From: Octopus bimaculoides | Lineage: Eukaryota | DNA length: 64,000 bases | Assembly (NCBI RefSeq): GCF_001194135.2 | Contig: NC_068981.1 | Coordinates: 163,029,888 to 163,093,887 of the forward strand | Reading direction: 5' to 3' | Shown: positions 39,173 through 52,752 of the stretch, piece by piece | Numbering within the stretch: position 1 is the first letter of the stretch | How the letters are laid out: the number at the start of each line of letters is the position of its first letter | The notes under the pieces: model-generated | Database searches by the model: none | Told to the model about the DNA's origin: nothing | What the model saw: the letters and a program-made list of their open reading frames with translations, nothing else | Translations under genes and position numbers: made by a program

Positions 39173-39702
39173 CTTGCACTTATATAACATGTCAGTATCA
39201 TGCACTCACACATACAAAGTATATAGATATCTAAATGCATATAATTATATTATAAATATATACACACATTCATATATATATAAACCTTGCTGGAAATGTA
39301 TGCTCTCTTTATATATACACACACACACACACATACACACACAAATATGCATATATACATCTACATATATATGTATACACACACATATTTATATATTACT
39401 TATTCTTCAATATTCAATATTCCTCCTTTATTTTTCCTTTCATACAAAGTACATAACACACACACACACTGAAGAAGCATGGCTTGATGTAAAACATGAG
39501 CCTTGCCCAAACCTTTTTAGCTCTGGCAACAAAAGCTATGCCATATATTAAGACATTTCTTACATAAAGAATTGATTTTCGACTTATACTTTTCAATATA
39601 TTAAGCAAAACTGTAGATACACACAAACTATAAGCACTGCATCTCCTACTCTTGATTGCTTTCCCTATCTCTTTCTCCTTCCTCTCCCACTGACTTTTAT
39701 AT

Positions 39703-39975
39703 TTATCCATGTTTCTGTATACCTCCAGCTTTACATCTCTTCTGCAAGCTAAATAATGAGGTTGAGCTCATCTTGGCCAAATAAATAGCTTTCATGGATA
39801 CTGTGTAGACAAGGCCAAATTGAACTGAAATAGCACTAACAGTCAATATAACATCACATGGAAGTATGTCGTGAGCAAGGTGCATGGTGAACTCTTTAAT
39901 TTCAAAACCCCAAAAGTGCACTTGGAAGGAGGAAGGAAAGCTTGGACATCCTGGTCTCACATTTAACGATCGCAC
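39703..39975 (-). mobile_element. Possible highly decayed LINE RT fragment
   Basis: NVRPGCPSFP...MHLAHD resembles GVRQGCPLSP...HLAYADD. Weak match. Confidence 0.3.
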
Positions 39976-42140
39976 TTAGTAAAATAGAAAAATGCAACAA
40001 CCCCTTTAATATTGATGTCTGTATATTTATTGCAAGTGTGTGCGAACACTATATACAATATCTATGCTGCAATACTCTGCATGCACATATGAATGTGTAC
40101 ATGTGCGTGTTTATGTATATTTTCTATTCCTTGCGTGTTTCAGTCGCTAGACAACGGCCATGTGGAGCACCACTTTGAGGAATGTTTAGTTGAATGAATT
40201 AGCCCCACTATTTGTTTTTTTGTTTTGTTTTTGTTTTTAAATCTTGGTACTTATTCTACCATTTTCTTTTGCTGAACTGCTAAGTTGTCAAGCAGTGATG
40301 GGGGGGGGGGGCAAACAAAGACACACACATATCTTTAAGGTAATTCAGTTAATAAAACCAGTTTACATATTTCTTTTGCTTTTTCTTTTTTATAACTGTC
40401 ATTTTACTTGTAACTACACCTTTTCTGTTTTAAAACCCATAAAAAATTAATTTTGAGTGGTTTTGGGGGTGCAAGAATGGATTAATTATATTTTAGTTAA
40501 CTTCAATGGGGAAATATTTTCATGAAAAAAAAAAAAATGAATAAATGGTATTTGAGAAAATAGTTTGGTCATAGGCCAGAGCATGCTGGGATAGAGAAAG
40601 AACACTTGTCAGGGAACTAGCTGGAATGGTTGTGTATGCCAATAATTTAAATGGTGCTAAATGATGGAATTGTGTTTTTTCTGTGGGTTTCTATGAGTTT
40701 TCCTTCAACTGACAAAAATACCACATGTCAGCACAACTTCATGTGATCTCTAGAGAGTTTTACTGTCCTAAAGTTGCAGTTCTGTAGAACTTACACCCAA
40801 CTGAAGCTATTGTTCTTTAATATCTGGTAAGTCCTGATCAAGAAGGCCTATGATCTCAAACAAAAAAATAAGGTGATTACTTTATATAGGAAGCCATGGG
40901 GTTAAATTGTAAGAACCAACAACTTTCGTAATAATATTTTGCAGACGAGAAAAATATCTTCTATTCTTTAAATAGGATGAAGATTCGTGAAACTTGCAAA
41001 ATTAAATGTCATGAAGGGAATATGAACTTATAGCCCAAGAGCCAATTGTCTATCCACCTAGCCATTTCACTTCATTATTTAAAAAAAAAAGATTATATTC
41101 AATGGCAACATTGGCATCATTATCATTATCCATAATATTAATAATGATAACAATAACAACAGCAACAACAACAATAGCAAAACACTAATGACAATGACAA
41201 AACTGAGTAAGCTTCATTCCATTTGGTTCATTAAAATTCATTTCACTTAAATGAACATCCTTAGAGATCAACTTTAGAGACAGATATTTTTCAAAAATGA
41301 AAATTCCCCACCATTAAAATGCATTAAAATGAAATATAAAGTAATTTTTTTAAAAATATACAATTAAATATATTTAAAAAGAAACTCAAAAACCTAACAA
41401 ACATTAAATATATTTAACCAAAAAATAATCAACTAGCATTAAAAAAAAAAAATGAAAAACAACTACCAAGCAACAATATTATTTTAGAATAGAATGACTC
41501 ACCATTTTTTAATATTAGATTACTGATATTCTTCACACAAGATAACAATGAGATGTGCATTATATACTATACTAGCAGTCATACTGAAGAATTTAGATAA
41601 TTTCTTGATAAACTAAGAAAAGATGTTATAATCAAGATGCTTCTTCATATACTATTGCAGCCTGGAAATCATTATCTCTTGATGTTTGACGACATTATGA
41701 AGCCTTGCTCTCTCTCTCTCTCTCTCTTTCTCCCACCACCTTCCTTTCAACTAGTTACATAATTTATCTTGCAAGAATTCAGTTAGCTTGTCAACATTTC
41801 GACACTTCACAAATATGTTATTTAATCTAGCAGTATATTGCAGAATTGGTAGCTAGTCATTATATTGATGGCATCTAGCAAAATACTTTTATTACTATTT
41901 ACTGCTGTAATTGCTTGCTTTATTGCTGACTAACAAAGATGTGGTCAACACCAATGCCATTCTCTGTCAAATAGGAATACGACAGCAGAGCAAAACAGAG
42001 CAAACCTGCACCGAGCACTAATTAACTGACTGTGGCTGTTTAACCCAAGGTTGGACAGGTCTGCAATCAATTAGAAGAAAGAAGAATGGTATGAAACACA
42101 TACAAAAACAAAGGTTCATATTAGCAGCCATATAGTTTAA

Positions 42141-42359
42141 CCCTTTAGCATTTAAATGGGCCAGATCTGGTCCAAGTATTCTACCAGTTTTATGCTCAAA
42201 CTGGTCAGATCTGGCATCTCACACATGCCCTACAATCCTTTCTAAAAATAGACAATCATTCATAAAAATCTCAAAGCTATGAAAATAATGCATGATTAAT
42301 TCAAAACAATATGAATGAACAAGTATTATGTTTGATAGAATAATCTGAATGCTAAATGG
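42141..42359. mobile_element. piggyBac-like MITE (family E), same orientation as the 19650 copy
   Basis: TTAA|CCCTTTAGCATT...AATGCTAAATGG|TTAA. Confidence 0.88.
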
Positions 42360-43604
42360 TTAAGAGGACCCAACTGAATATGCAGTGATTAAGCATCAGA
42401 AAAATATAGCATAGCCAAGAGCCAGAGATATTGTCTACCTGAATACTATTGCGCTTGATATTTCTGAAGCTGTTGCTGCTGCCACACTGTAACAAATATT
42501 ATTTTCACAAGAATCGGTTATTTCACACTAGACTGCTGTTTTAGGTTCAATATATTTTCAGAAGAATTATTGTTGTAACCTTCACACCTCACATGGCAAT
42601 CAGCAGTTTTAATTCAGAAGAGATTTCTTTCACAGTTTCTAGAACAGCGCTTTCATTTATCACAATCTGTTTCGTTCAAATATATTTTGACTTTTCAAAT
42701 AGTCTTCAAATCTAATTTAATTTTTTTTATCACTTTTTACTTCCAGCAGAAATGCTGCATAATTATTTTAACTATTTTAGTCATTAAGGTTTTTAAAAAT
42801 TTCTACTCAAGACAAAACCACCAGAGAATATTATTTTTAATTACTCATTTCTTACTAAATAAGTTATTTGGTTACAAGAAAGAAAAAAAATCTTTTAAAA
42901 TTCTCAACTAAAATTGTATGTTCTGCAAAGTATTAAATTCTTAAGCTTTTTTTCTTCTTTTTATTTTTTTTTTTAAGTCTCACTAGAGATTTAATAACTA
43001 TTTCATATACATAACAGTAATTTTATTGTTCAAAGTTTTATGGTTAAAACCTGTATGAACAGGAGTCGATTTTACAAAATAATGTCTTAAATTGTAACTG
43101 TAGTAACAACTGCTTGCCCTCTTAGAGGTATCTGCTTATTGTACAACATTATCTACAGGTATAACATCATTATTGTAAATGATACTCACTAGCATATAAG
43201 ATCTACTTCTAACTCCTTTAAATGTTGTTACAACATATATATGCACAGCTTTAGAAATAAAGAGAAATCATTTAATTCAACTAGAGTAGCTAAGTACAGA
43301 TCAATGTTAATTCGATGAATACAAACTATGATCTACACAGCGACATTATAACAAGAACTTCTTACATGGGAAACAAGAGAGAATGTAGATTATGTTCTGC
43401 TGAAATATACTGCATTTTCTTAGATAGCAAAACAAATTACTTAAGCTAAAACAGGAATGCTTTTTTTGTATCACAAACATAAAATCTGAAAGTCATTTAA
43501 ATTCTTTAAATGCAATTCTACAAAGGTAAAATAGAGTACATTCTTTCAGTTAACTTATGTTATTATATAAACAAAATAACTCATCAAATAACTATATCCT
43601 CACC

Positions 43605-43644
<40 letters not shown>

Positions 43645-43984
43645 CTCATAATACATTTTAACTTCATATGCCTTTAGAGAATGGTCCAATCAAACATTCG
43701 AATTTTTAAATTATTTAACCCATCATTTCTTTTAAAATTTTAACCTTGTGATTCTATTAACTCTGATGAGAGAAATATAGAATACTGCTATGGTTGGAGT
43801 TAGCTCGCCCATAGCAACCTATATCTTTTCGAAATGGCCATAAAACTTTATACATGTTCCAGACCCCTTATGAATCAGTTTACATCTGCTTCATCATCCT
43901 TTTCATTCGGACCTCACAAATGCGTTTATAGACTTACACAATTTTTTATATATTTACATTTATGAATGTTTATGTGTTTGTAAA

Positions 43985-44647
43985 TTTAGGCCTCACCGAG
44001 GCAATGACTAGTGACCGAGACCTTTGGAAATATGCTGTGCTTGAGAAGACCCAGCAAGCCAAGTGAGACCATAACCCGTGGCTTATGCCAGGGGTGTAAC
44101 CAGCCCACTTATGTGTACCATTCCTTCATTGGACACTAAACTCTGCTTGTGAAGACCTGTTGAGGTAAGTGAAACCAAAATCAAATTCGATGACTGGCAT
44201 CCATGCCAGTGGAGTGCTAAGAGCATCATCCGAGGGTGATCATTGCCAGAGCAGCTGACTGGGTTCCATGCCGGTGGCACATAAAAAGCACCATTCAAGT
44301 ATGATCATTACCAGCGTTGCCTTATTGGCACTTGTGCCGGTGGCACGTGAAAAAATATTCAAACGAGGTCGTTGCCAGTGCCACTGGACTAGCTCCTGTG
44401 CAGGTGGCACGTAAAAACACCATTTGAGCGGAGCCACTGCCAGTACCGCCTGACTAGCCCTCATGCAGGTGGCACGTAAAAGCACCCACTACACTCTCAG
44501 AGTGGTTGGCGTTAGGAAGGGCATGCAGTAGAAACTCTGCCAGATCAGATTGGAGCCTGGGGCAGCCATCTGGTTCGCCAGTCCTCAGTTAAATTGTCCA
44601 ACACATGCCAGCATGGAAAAGACGTTAAACGATGATGATGATGACGA
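43985..44647 (+). mobile_element. RTE LINE 3' end: ORF2 terminus, 3'UTR with about 65-nt tandem units and (GAT)n tail
   Basis: LGLTEAMTSDRDLWKYAVLEKTQQAK* is followed by tandem GTGCMGGTGGCACGT units and ends catgccagcatggaaaagacgttaaacgatgatgatg. Confidence 0.8.
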
Positions 44648-45616
44648 GATATATATATATATATATATATGCTGGTAGATATAAGTAGATAAGTTTTCTA
44701 TATATATGTAAGTGTGTGTGTGTAGGAGTAAGTACTGTCCACCTTTTTCATCTACTACCAAATTTCTAAGCTATTTATCATCATTAACTTGAAATTTTCT
44801 TTGATCTACAATAGTTAAGATGTCCAGCTTTACTTTTCCTTAGATACTCTGACTATAGTTGTTATCACTCTTTTCTTTCTTTCCTTATTACACTGATAAA
44901 ATATAAATAATAAATTCCTTTGCTTAACTACTATATATAGAATGTTCCAAATTTACACAGTTCTCATTTAGCTCTGCCTACCAAGTAAAGTTGGTTGATA
45001 TCAGTGGATTAAATTAGCATTTTCTTCTGAAGACCTGGCATCTCAAGGTGATAATGTGGTCATCTATGTAATGATTATTGCACAATATACTACTATCCAC
45101 TAGTGAAACACATGTAAAGATTAATTTGTGATGTTATAATAAAGTGTTTAACTAAGTCTCCTGCTAAATTCTGCTCTCAGATATACATTCTGTAAATTAT
45201 ATTTAATATTTGATTGGAAGTTGGATATACATGGATTTATATGAAGTGCTAAGAATTGGTTAACTGTTATGCTATCTAAATATCTACACACACATACACA
45301 CATATATGTATGTGTGTGTGTATATGTATGATTGTTTGTATAGACAGATAGATAGAAATGCTTACCATTCCAAAAGCTACCAATTAAATTGAAGTACACG
45401 CAAAATAGTGATAACAGGATCTTCAAGTTGTACTAAGATTTCTTTGATATGGGACCAAATTAACAAGCTATCATATGAAGGAAATCATTAGTTTAGGGAG
45501 GGGTTATTATACCCCCCAAATTATTTTATTCTATTCTGTCCTTTTAAATTTTTTTGTGATTTAAAAAAATAAACTTGCAAGTGCAACAGCTGGAACCGCT
45601 TTCATGAATGTTCTAT

Positions 45617-45832
45617 TAATCCTTTCTACTAAAGCACAAGGCCTGGAATTTGGATAGGGAGCCTAGTCAATTATGTTGATCCCAGTACACAATTGGTATT
45701 TATTTCATCAACTCCAAAAGGATGAAAAGTAAAGTTGGCCTTGGTGGAATTTGAACTCAGAACGTAAAGAAGGACAAAATGCCGCTAAGCATTTTGCCTG
45801 GCTTGCTAATGATTCTGACAACTTGCCGCCTT
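45617..45832 (-). mobile_element. Family C SINE, single copy
   Basis: taatcctttctactaaagcacaaggcctgg...ctgacaacttgccgcctt. Confidence 0.85.
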
Positions 45833-45981
45833 CTGATGTTCTATTAATGCAATATATAAATTTATTCAATATGAAAATATTTATTTTCAAATAATAAATG
45901 AAGAAAAGAAAATCTACCGCCACTGTTTGGTAACCCCCCCCCCCCACAAAAAAACTTGGAACACTTCTAAGCCACTTTTAA

Positions 45982-46498
45982 CTCTTTTGTCACCAACCTG
46001 TCTGTGACTGTTCTGTTTCTCTAATACAAAACTTCATTTCAAGAGTTCACATCTAAACCAAAATCTTCCAACTTAATATGTTAGACTGTTATTTTGCTAA
46101 CATTAATGTGGTAATGAAAATATTTAGTTGTTTTTGTAAATATTTTGCAATGAATAATAATTTTCAAAATTAATTAAAACCTATAGATAATCTATTTTAT
46201 TTGAAATAGGGTCATAAAAGAATTATACCCGTCCACCAACCTGATTGAAACTGACTTTAATACTTCAATACAAAACTTCTTTTTTTTGTATGTGTTCATA
46301 ATTAAATTTAAATCTTCCATTAACATGTAATATATGAACCTTTTCTTCCAAATACCAGCCCAGTTTAATCTATTAAATAATGAAAGATTATTTCTTCTAA
46401 TAAATATTTCAATAAATCCCTTTGAAATTCTTGATTATTTTCAAAATTAATCAGAAGAAATAGGTAATGTATTTTGTTGAAATATGGTCACAGAAGGG
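45982..46498. mobile_element. Second TTAA-flanked MITE family, apparently two tandem units
   Basis: TTAA|CTCTTTTGTCACC...GGTCACAGAAGGG|TTAA with imperfect TIRs. An internal junction near 46210-46230 repeats caccaacctg...aatacaaaacttc. Confidence 0.6.
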
Positions 46499-48532
46499 TT
46501 AAAAGATTTAATTATGGAGCTGTCACGAATTGTTACAGAATGAAAATATTCAAACTAATAACACTGAAAAACCCTGTCTGCAACTGAGACAGAACTTATC
46601 CATTTTACAACTGGGCCAGAACATGGTGGTTTGAAAAATAGCAAGAACTGTTTGAATTTTCTGACATTAATTGAAATTCAGCTAAAATTTACAAATAACC
46701 AATTTGCTCAGAACACATTTATTCCCATCAGATACAGAAATTAAAAGGAATTAGGACTATAAGGAGCTGGAAAAAAAGAAAAAGAAGACATCAAGCTAGA
46801 AATTAGATGGAATTCTTTAGAGAAATATTAAAATACAAAGTGCTTTACAAGTTGAGCCTGTCTCGCTAAAAGGACAAAATGACTGTGCTAGTACCATGAT
46901 AAAGTAGCTAAGGAACAAACAACATATTCCTAACCAATCACAGAAAGCTAACTTCAAAAATAATAAATTAAAACTTCTCTAAGATGTAAGAGTAATTAAA
47001 ATTAAGTTCCTACATATGAATATATATGTGTATTTTATTCAAACTAAATGTTTTTTAGACTTGACATTTGTATTGAGTTCCTTGTCAGTTATTGTTACTT
47101 AGTGTTTTCAAGAATTATTATACACGCATACATTTTTTCAATATAGTTCTTGTTAATGTTCTAGTACCAGGTTTCCTGCTGATGGAGACAAGTGTTTTTT
47201 CAACTACAGTTCAAAACACAAATGACACTTCCCCCAGCTATAATGGTGGAGTATCATTTGTGATTTAATTTTTGAAGTCTGGTTGAAAAAAAATAATCAT
47301 CTTTGTCAGCAGGTATCTCATGTACCAGAAAATTAACAATAATTCTTATAAAAAGAAATGTTAATCTACCTTCTTAATGTTGAGTACTCACTGTACCCAC
47401 AAGTGTGTGTATGTATGTGTGTGTACACATACATACATAACAAAAATATGTATGTATATAGCTAATATCTTTTTGTCAGCAATATTAAGTGACTGTGAAA
47501 GATCACATGGCAAATGATACCTAGCCTGTCCTTCAATTCCAAACTAGCTTTAATGTACTTAAAATATATTTCTTTTTAACACAGCACAATTCTGAATGAT
47601 TAGCAGCAGGTTTTGATAGTCATTCCTTTCCAAAAAGGAGAACAATACTAGCAAGGTAAAATGGTTCTATACAATGTTATCAGTATTTCTTACCCTGTCC
47701 TCCCTACAATATTTATTCTGTAAATAATTAAAAAAAAAAAAAAAAGTCAAGAAGATGATGCAAAAATGAATATACTATATTAATTACAAGAAAAATTAGA
47801 GCTTGTTCTGAATAAGAAGTTAAATGCTATGAAGATGTCCACATCATTTCTAACTATAAATAGTTGTTGGTTAATGTGAAGAGATGGGCTCTGGTCAGTG
47901 GTAGATGTCAAACAAAAGGTTTTAGTGAACCTTCCATATATAAATACAATGACGTTTGTCTACAGACAACCTTTGGCAATCTAAAAAGAGAGCTTCTATG
48001 CAGTTGCTTCCCCCAATAGAAATAGAAAAATTACATCAAATCACACTATTCCTTAAAAAAAAAAGTTGGGCACATCTAATTCTAGATATGCAAATAGACA
48101 AACTTGATCATGGCTAGAACATCTTTAAGCATGTGTTTGTTTATTTAGAGATAAACAACAATAGTAAACTGCTTTTGTTCCCAGTCATAGATGGAACATG
48201 GATACATAAGAGAATAATTCTACTGCATAACAGATGCTGGTTTCATCCTTATTAAGTGAAGCCCTCATCAATTTAAATCAACTTCCCTGTTAAAAAAAAA
48301 CATGCACCCACAAAACTTTGAATAATGTGGTGCAGAGTCAACATTTTATTAAATACTTATACAACTCCAACTAAATGTATTGAGTGCTACATTCTTTAAT
48401 TTGTTCATGCATTCATATAACTGCTCCACTCATGTTTTTTTTATTTTTAAGATAATAGAGTATAATTTGAGCTTCAGCCTTGAGAATATCGATGTAGATT
48501 TGATAAACAACATGAAAAAATTAAAATTCAAA

Positions 48533-48900
48533 GGTGCAGGAGTGGCTGTGTGGTAAGGAGTTTGTTAACCAACCACATGGTTCTGGGTTCAGTCCCACTG
48601 CGTGGCACCTTGGGCGAGTGTCTTCTACTATAGCCTCAGGCCGACCAAAGCCTTGTGAGTAGATTTCGTAGATGGAAACTGAAAGAAGCCTGTCATGTAT
48701 GTGTGTGTGTGTGTTTGTGTGTCCGTGTTTGTCCCCCCGCCATCGCTTGACAACCAATGCTGGTGTGTTTACGTCCCCGTAACCTAGCGGTTCGGCAAAA
48801 GAGACCGATAGAATAAGTGCTAGGCTTACAAAGAATAAGTCTTGGGGTTGATTTGCTCGACTAAAGGCTGTGCTCCAGCATGGCCGCATGAAACAAGTAA
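48533..48900 (+). mobile_element. Near full-length tRNA-derived SINE (family B here)
   Basis: The head has pol III A-box-like (gagtggctgtgtggtaag) and B-box-like (ggttcagtccc) motifs, followed by a central (TG)n and the 3' end gctccagcatggccgca...gaaacaagtaa. There are many copies in the window. Confidence 0.9.
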
Positions 48901-50073
48901 CAGAATCCTTCTAGCTCCTTTCTAGACACTTGAAACATTTACATGACAAACATCAAATGATCACCAAAAGTACACATTCTTGTTAATAAGACAAAAAACA
49001 CAGGAAACAAAACACATCCTTGCAGTACAACAAGAAAGCCAACCTTTCTCTTCAAGCTATTGGCCACTAAGTACCTGGAAATACCAGCCAATGCCTTGCT
49101 GGCTTATGCACAATTGCTGCAGGGTATATAACCTGGCAGCCGTGCTTATCACACAATCTCACATGTAACTTCATGCTACCAAATTGTTTACTTTTCCAAA
49201 TGATATACCCAGCAGAATGCCAACTAACTGATGCCAACATGGAGCAAGTAATGAAAGAACTGATGTTACTAGATAGTTAAAACACCCATTGTGATCTGAA
49301 CTGACCATGGAAAGCCTAAATATTCTAACCTTGAAACCGTTTAAAATTTCTTTTAAAATTTCTCTCCATTCTGATGATGCTGCCATGTTTTGTACCCAAG
49401 AAATTTTATGTGGAGCCAATTCAACTGGCTATTAAACACACACATACACCAAACAAGGGTTCTTCCTTAGCATGAAATGAAGCCTGGAACCACTGTGTGT
49501 TACACAACAACTTATAATTAGAAAAAGAAAAAAAACTAAACAAAGACCCTATTTTTTGTGACACCAAGTGTAACTTTCATGACTAGCCCTTGTGTATGTA
49601 ACAGCCAATGTGTGTATCTCTACAATGGAATATATCAACATGTAGAAGGCACACAAATAGTAGTAGATATCTTCATTATCAAACAATACAGAATGGATTA
49701 AGGAGCTGAATTTGTGTATGAGTGGAGAAACAAGAATGAAAGCATGAGCTACTGTAGAGATAATACTTTAGACAAAAAAAAAAACAAAACAAAAAAAAAC
49801 ACACATCTCTACATGGTTTCTTAATCTGCTAAAAATAGCACTAATCTCCCTCAAATCACACTTTACAAAAAGACACTTTGGATAATGTCCTGGAAGAGAC
49901 AGTATGCTTTTGATTATATAGGTTTGTCTGATTAGGGTTGTCCAAGGGCTAAACAACAACACTGAACTATGAGAAACAAAAAAAAGAAAGCGACAAAAAA
50001 AAAAATAAAATAAAGCAAAAAGTCAATATCGAGATGTCACATGCAGAAGAAACTAGTAAACACAGACACTGAC

Positions 50074-50221
50074 CTTGTGCTGCACCGCCATCGTGACCTG
50101 ATACTGCTTGCTGTGCTGCTGCAGCTGCTGCTGTTTTAGCTGCATATAAATTTGCTTCTTCCTGCGCTTTACCAATATTTTTTTTATACCGAATTCGTTT
50201 ATTTCCAAACCAGTTCGATAC
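50074..50221 (-). CDS. pbx: Pbx/extradenticle exon (PBX1 exon 6 equivalent): end of the TALE homeodomain plus C-terminal helix and poly-Ala tract
   Basis: Minus strand reads ttttcgctgcag|GTATCG...GCACAAG|gtcagt. The 148 nt (phase 0 to phase 1) translate to [49 protein letters not shown](G). [15 protein letters not shown] is diagnostic of the PBC class, and [12 protein letters not shown] is the protostome Exd-type variant. Confidence 0.97.
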
Positions 50222-52719
50222 CTGCAGCGAAAAGATTTGAGAAATCTTAGGGGCAAAGGTGCAGACAAGTTTAACACAGAGCAAACACAATAAATTATTC
50301 ATCAAAGGATATTTTGAACACTCTGAATCATTAAAGACACAAACACAACACAATACAAGGTATAGAACAGAAGAAACCCAGTCACAGGCATTGTATTTGG
50401 TATTTATTGTTTTAACAAATATTTCGTGTAAAAAAAAAATTTAAAAACCCCCAAAATTCTCAAATTAATCATAGTTATTTAACAGCTGTTTCTTTTGGCT
50501 TTGTGCTTCCTAATTCAGCTCAGTATACACTTTTGATCAAAGGCATCAAGACAATGCTCATCATATCTTTGTTCAAAATATAATGTCTCCAGGATTACAT
50601 TTTCAGAATGAATGTCTCCTCTTCATTTAATTGACTAACACCCTTTCCCTCTTCGGTTGCATTTGTGCCAATATTAGACAACATTAATATCTAATTCAAT
50701 TTTTGTTTTTCTAATCAGTTAGTCAGATGATGACAGCAGTGTCCATGACCCCTGTAGGTTCTTCCAAACTGATGAGGGTGATGCGGTTGATATCCAACTC
50801 GAACATCAGCAAAGAGCAAACTGAAAGTCTGATCCAAAGGCCTGTAACAGAATAAACCCTGTTAAAGGTAACAACAACCATGTGGCAGAACAAAAACCTG
50901 CTAGATTGAAGGATGAATTGACAATTAAATGATATAACACAAATTCACACAAAAACATATATATGAGAAACATATTTCATTTGCTGAAATTGAACAGATC
51001 ATGCTTGTATGCATTGGATGAGCATTATGCTGCATAATTTGCATCTTAATTCCATTGACAAACAAAGGCAACTATTATGAACAAATATGCCAGACATAAT
51101 TTTCCTTTCTTTTTATACCCGCTTATTTAAAAAAAATTTTTTTTACCAAATACGTATGTAACAATACTGTGACTAATATCTGAAGGTATATAACCATGAA
51201 CCAATTAATGAAAAGGTTAAATAGTTTACATAAGTCATTCATAGAATGATGAATAACAACAATACATAAAAAAAAAAAAAAAAACCATGCAAAACAAAAT
51301 GTGTGTTTTATTTTTGTTTTGCCAAACAGAAAACAATTTTGTGTTAAAATAGCTTTACAATGATTTTGGAATTCACAGAAAGAATTATACATAGAAATGA
51401 TGTAATGATCAAAGTTACAAATTATTGACAACAATAAAAACTATCAAACATAAATTTTTAAAAAAATCCAACATACTTTCAAGCAATAAAATAAAATGTA
51501 AAATGACTGTTACATTCTGATACTGCAATTTCACCTACTTAAACAAATAAACTAAACAGTATATAATGCATTTAATTTCGTTTTTTTTTTTCTTTTTCTT
51601 TGTGTAAAATAGATCAAGAGACTTTGTAGTAGCTGAAATTTCACTATGTCTAGAAGTTAGAAAATTTAAAGACAAAAGCAAATTAATAAAATTAGCAAAA
51701 AGAAAAACGAAAAATGAATTTTAGATTTTGTAAGTGATCATGTAAAACATTTCAAATGAGCCATATAAAAATTGCAGAAAATATTTTTAGTTGTAATTTT
51801 GTGTGTGTGTGTATGAGGTTATATCATGCTGAAGAGATTTCTATAAAGAATGAAATGCAGTAATATACATGATTATCACTTGACTAGAAATTTTAAGGAA
51901 TTTGTAGTAAGTAATGAATGAAAGAATGAATAAATAAATAAATAAATATGTGAGTTCTCTACATCTTTTTCCTAATAATTTCTTAATTTCAAATCCAAAT
52001 TCCCAATCCTGCCAAACATTATGAAGAAATGATTATCTCCCTTGTAATTGCTTCTTAGGGGAAAATATGCATGCGTGTGTGTGAGTGTGTGTATTCAAAG
52101 TTGAGACCTCTCTGAAACTCCTTTGAGTTTCTCATTCTGTTCTCACAGCAACTTACAATGAGGCCTTTTTTTTTTTCTCTTTCACATTATACATACATCT
52201 TTGCAGATCTTCCCAGACTAAGATTACGTGTGTATATATGTGTGTGTGTGTATGCATACTCACACACAGTTTCTTTTTCCCCCTTTCACACTTTTTCTCT
52301 CCCTATATCAACACAAAATGAATCTACGGTTATACATGGGTAAACAAATGTAATGTTAAGTGAAGTGTAGATTCCAAATGTTTAGGTTTCAGACTTAGTC
52401 AGCAGAAAATGAAAGCTACCATGATGCTTTATGAGTGAAATATTTCAAACCAAGTATGTATGTCTATAAATACATACATATGTATACACACACACATGCA
52501 TACAGAGAAACATTTACACACACACACACCTTCTGTTTATCTGCAGAAATATAGTTTATATTTGTCCATGTAATTATGATCTCATTATTGTGTCCATTCA
52601 CACATCTCCATTGATATAAATTCATTCATAGGTTGTTTTTTTCCCTTATAAGTCGATCATTTTCTATTTATCAATTATTCTTCAGGCAGTTATTGTTTAC
52701 ACTGCCCCTTCAGTCTAGG

Positions 52720-52747
<28 letters not shown>

Positions 52748-52752
<5 letters not shown>

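Noticed and set aside
44203-44490. CRISPR-like look: palindromic repeat with regular spacing
   Set aside because: The spacers are homologous to each other, the array lies in an RTE 3'UTR, the DNA is eukaryotic, and there are no cas genes.
48533-48610. tRNA-like A/B boxes
   Set aside because: These are SINE heads; no cloverleaf with an acceptor stem, and many dispersed copies.
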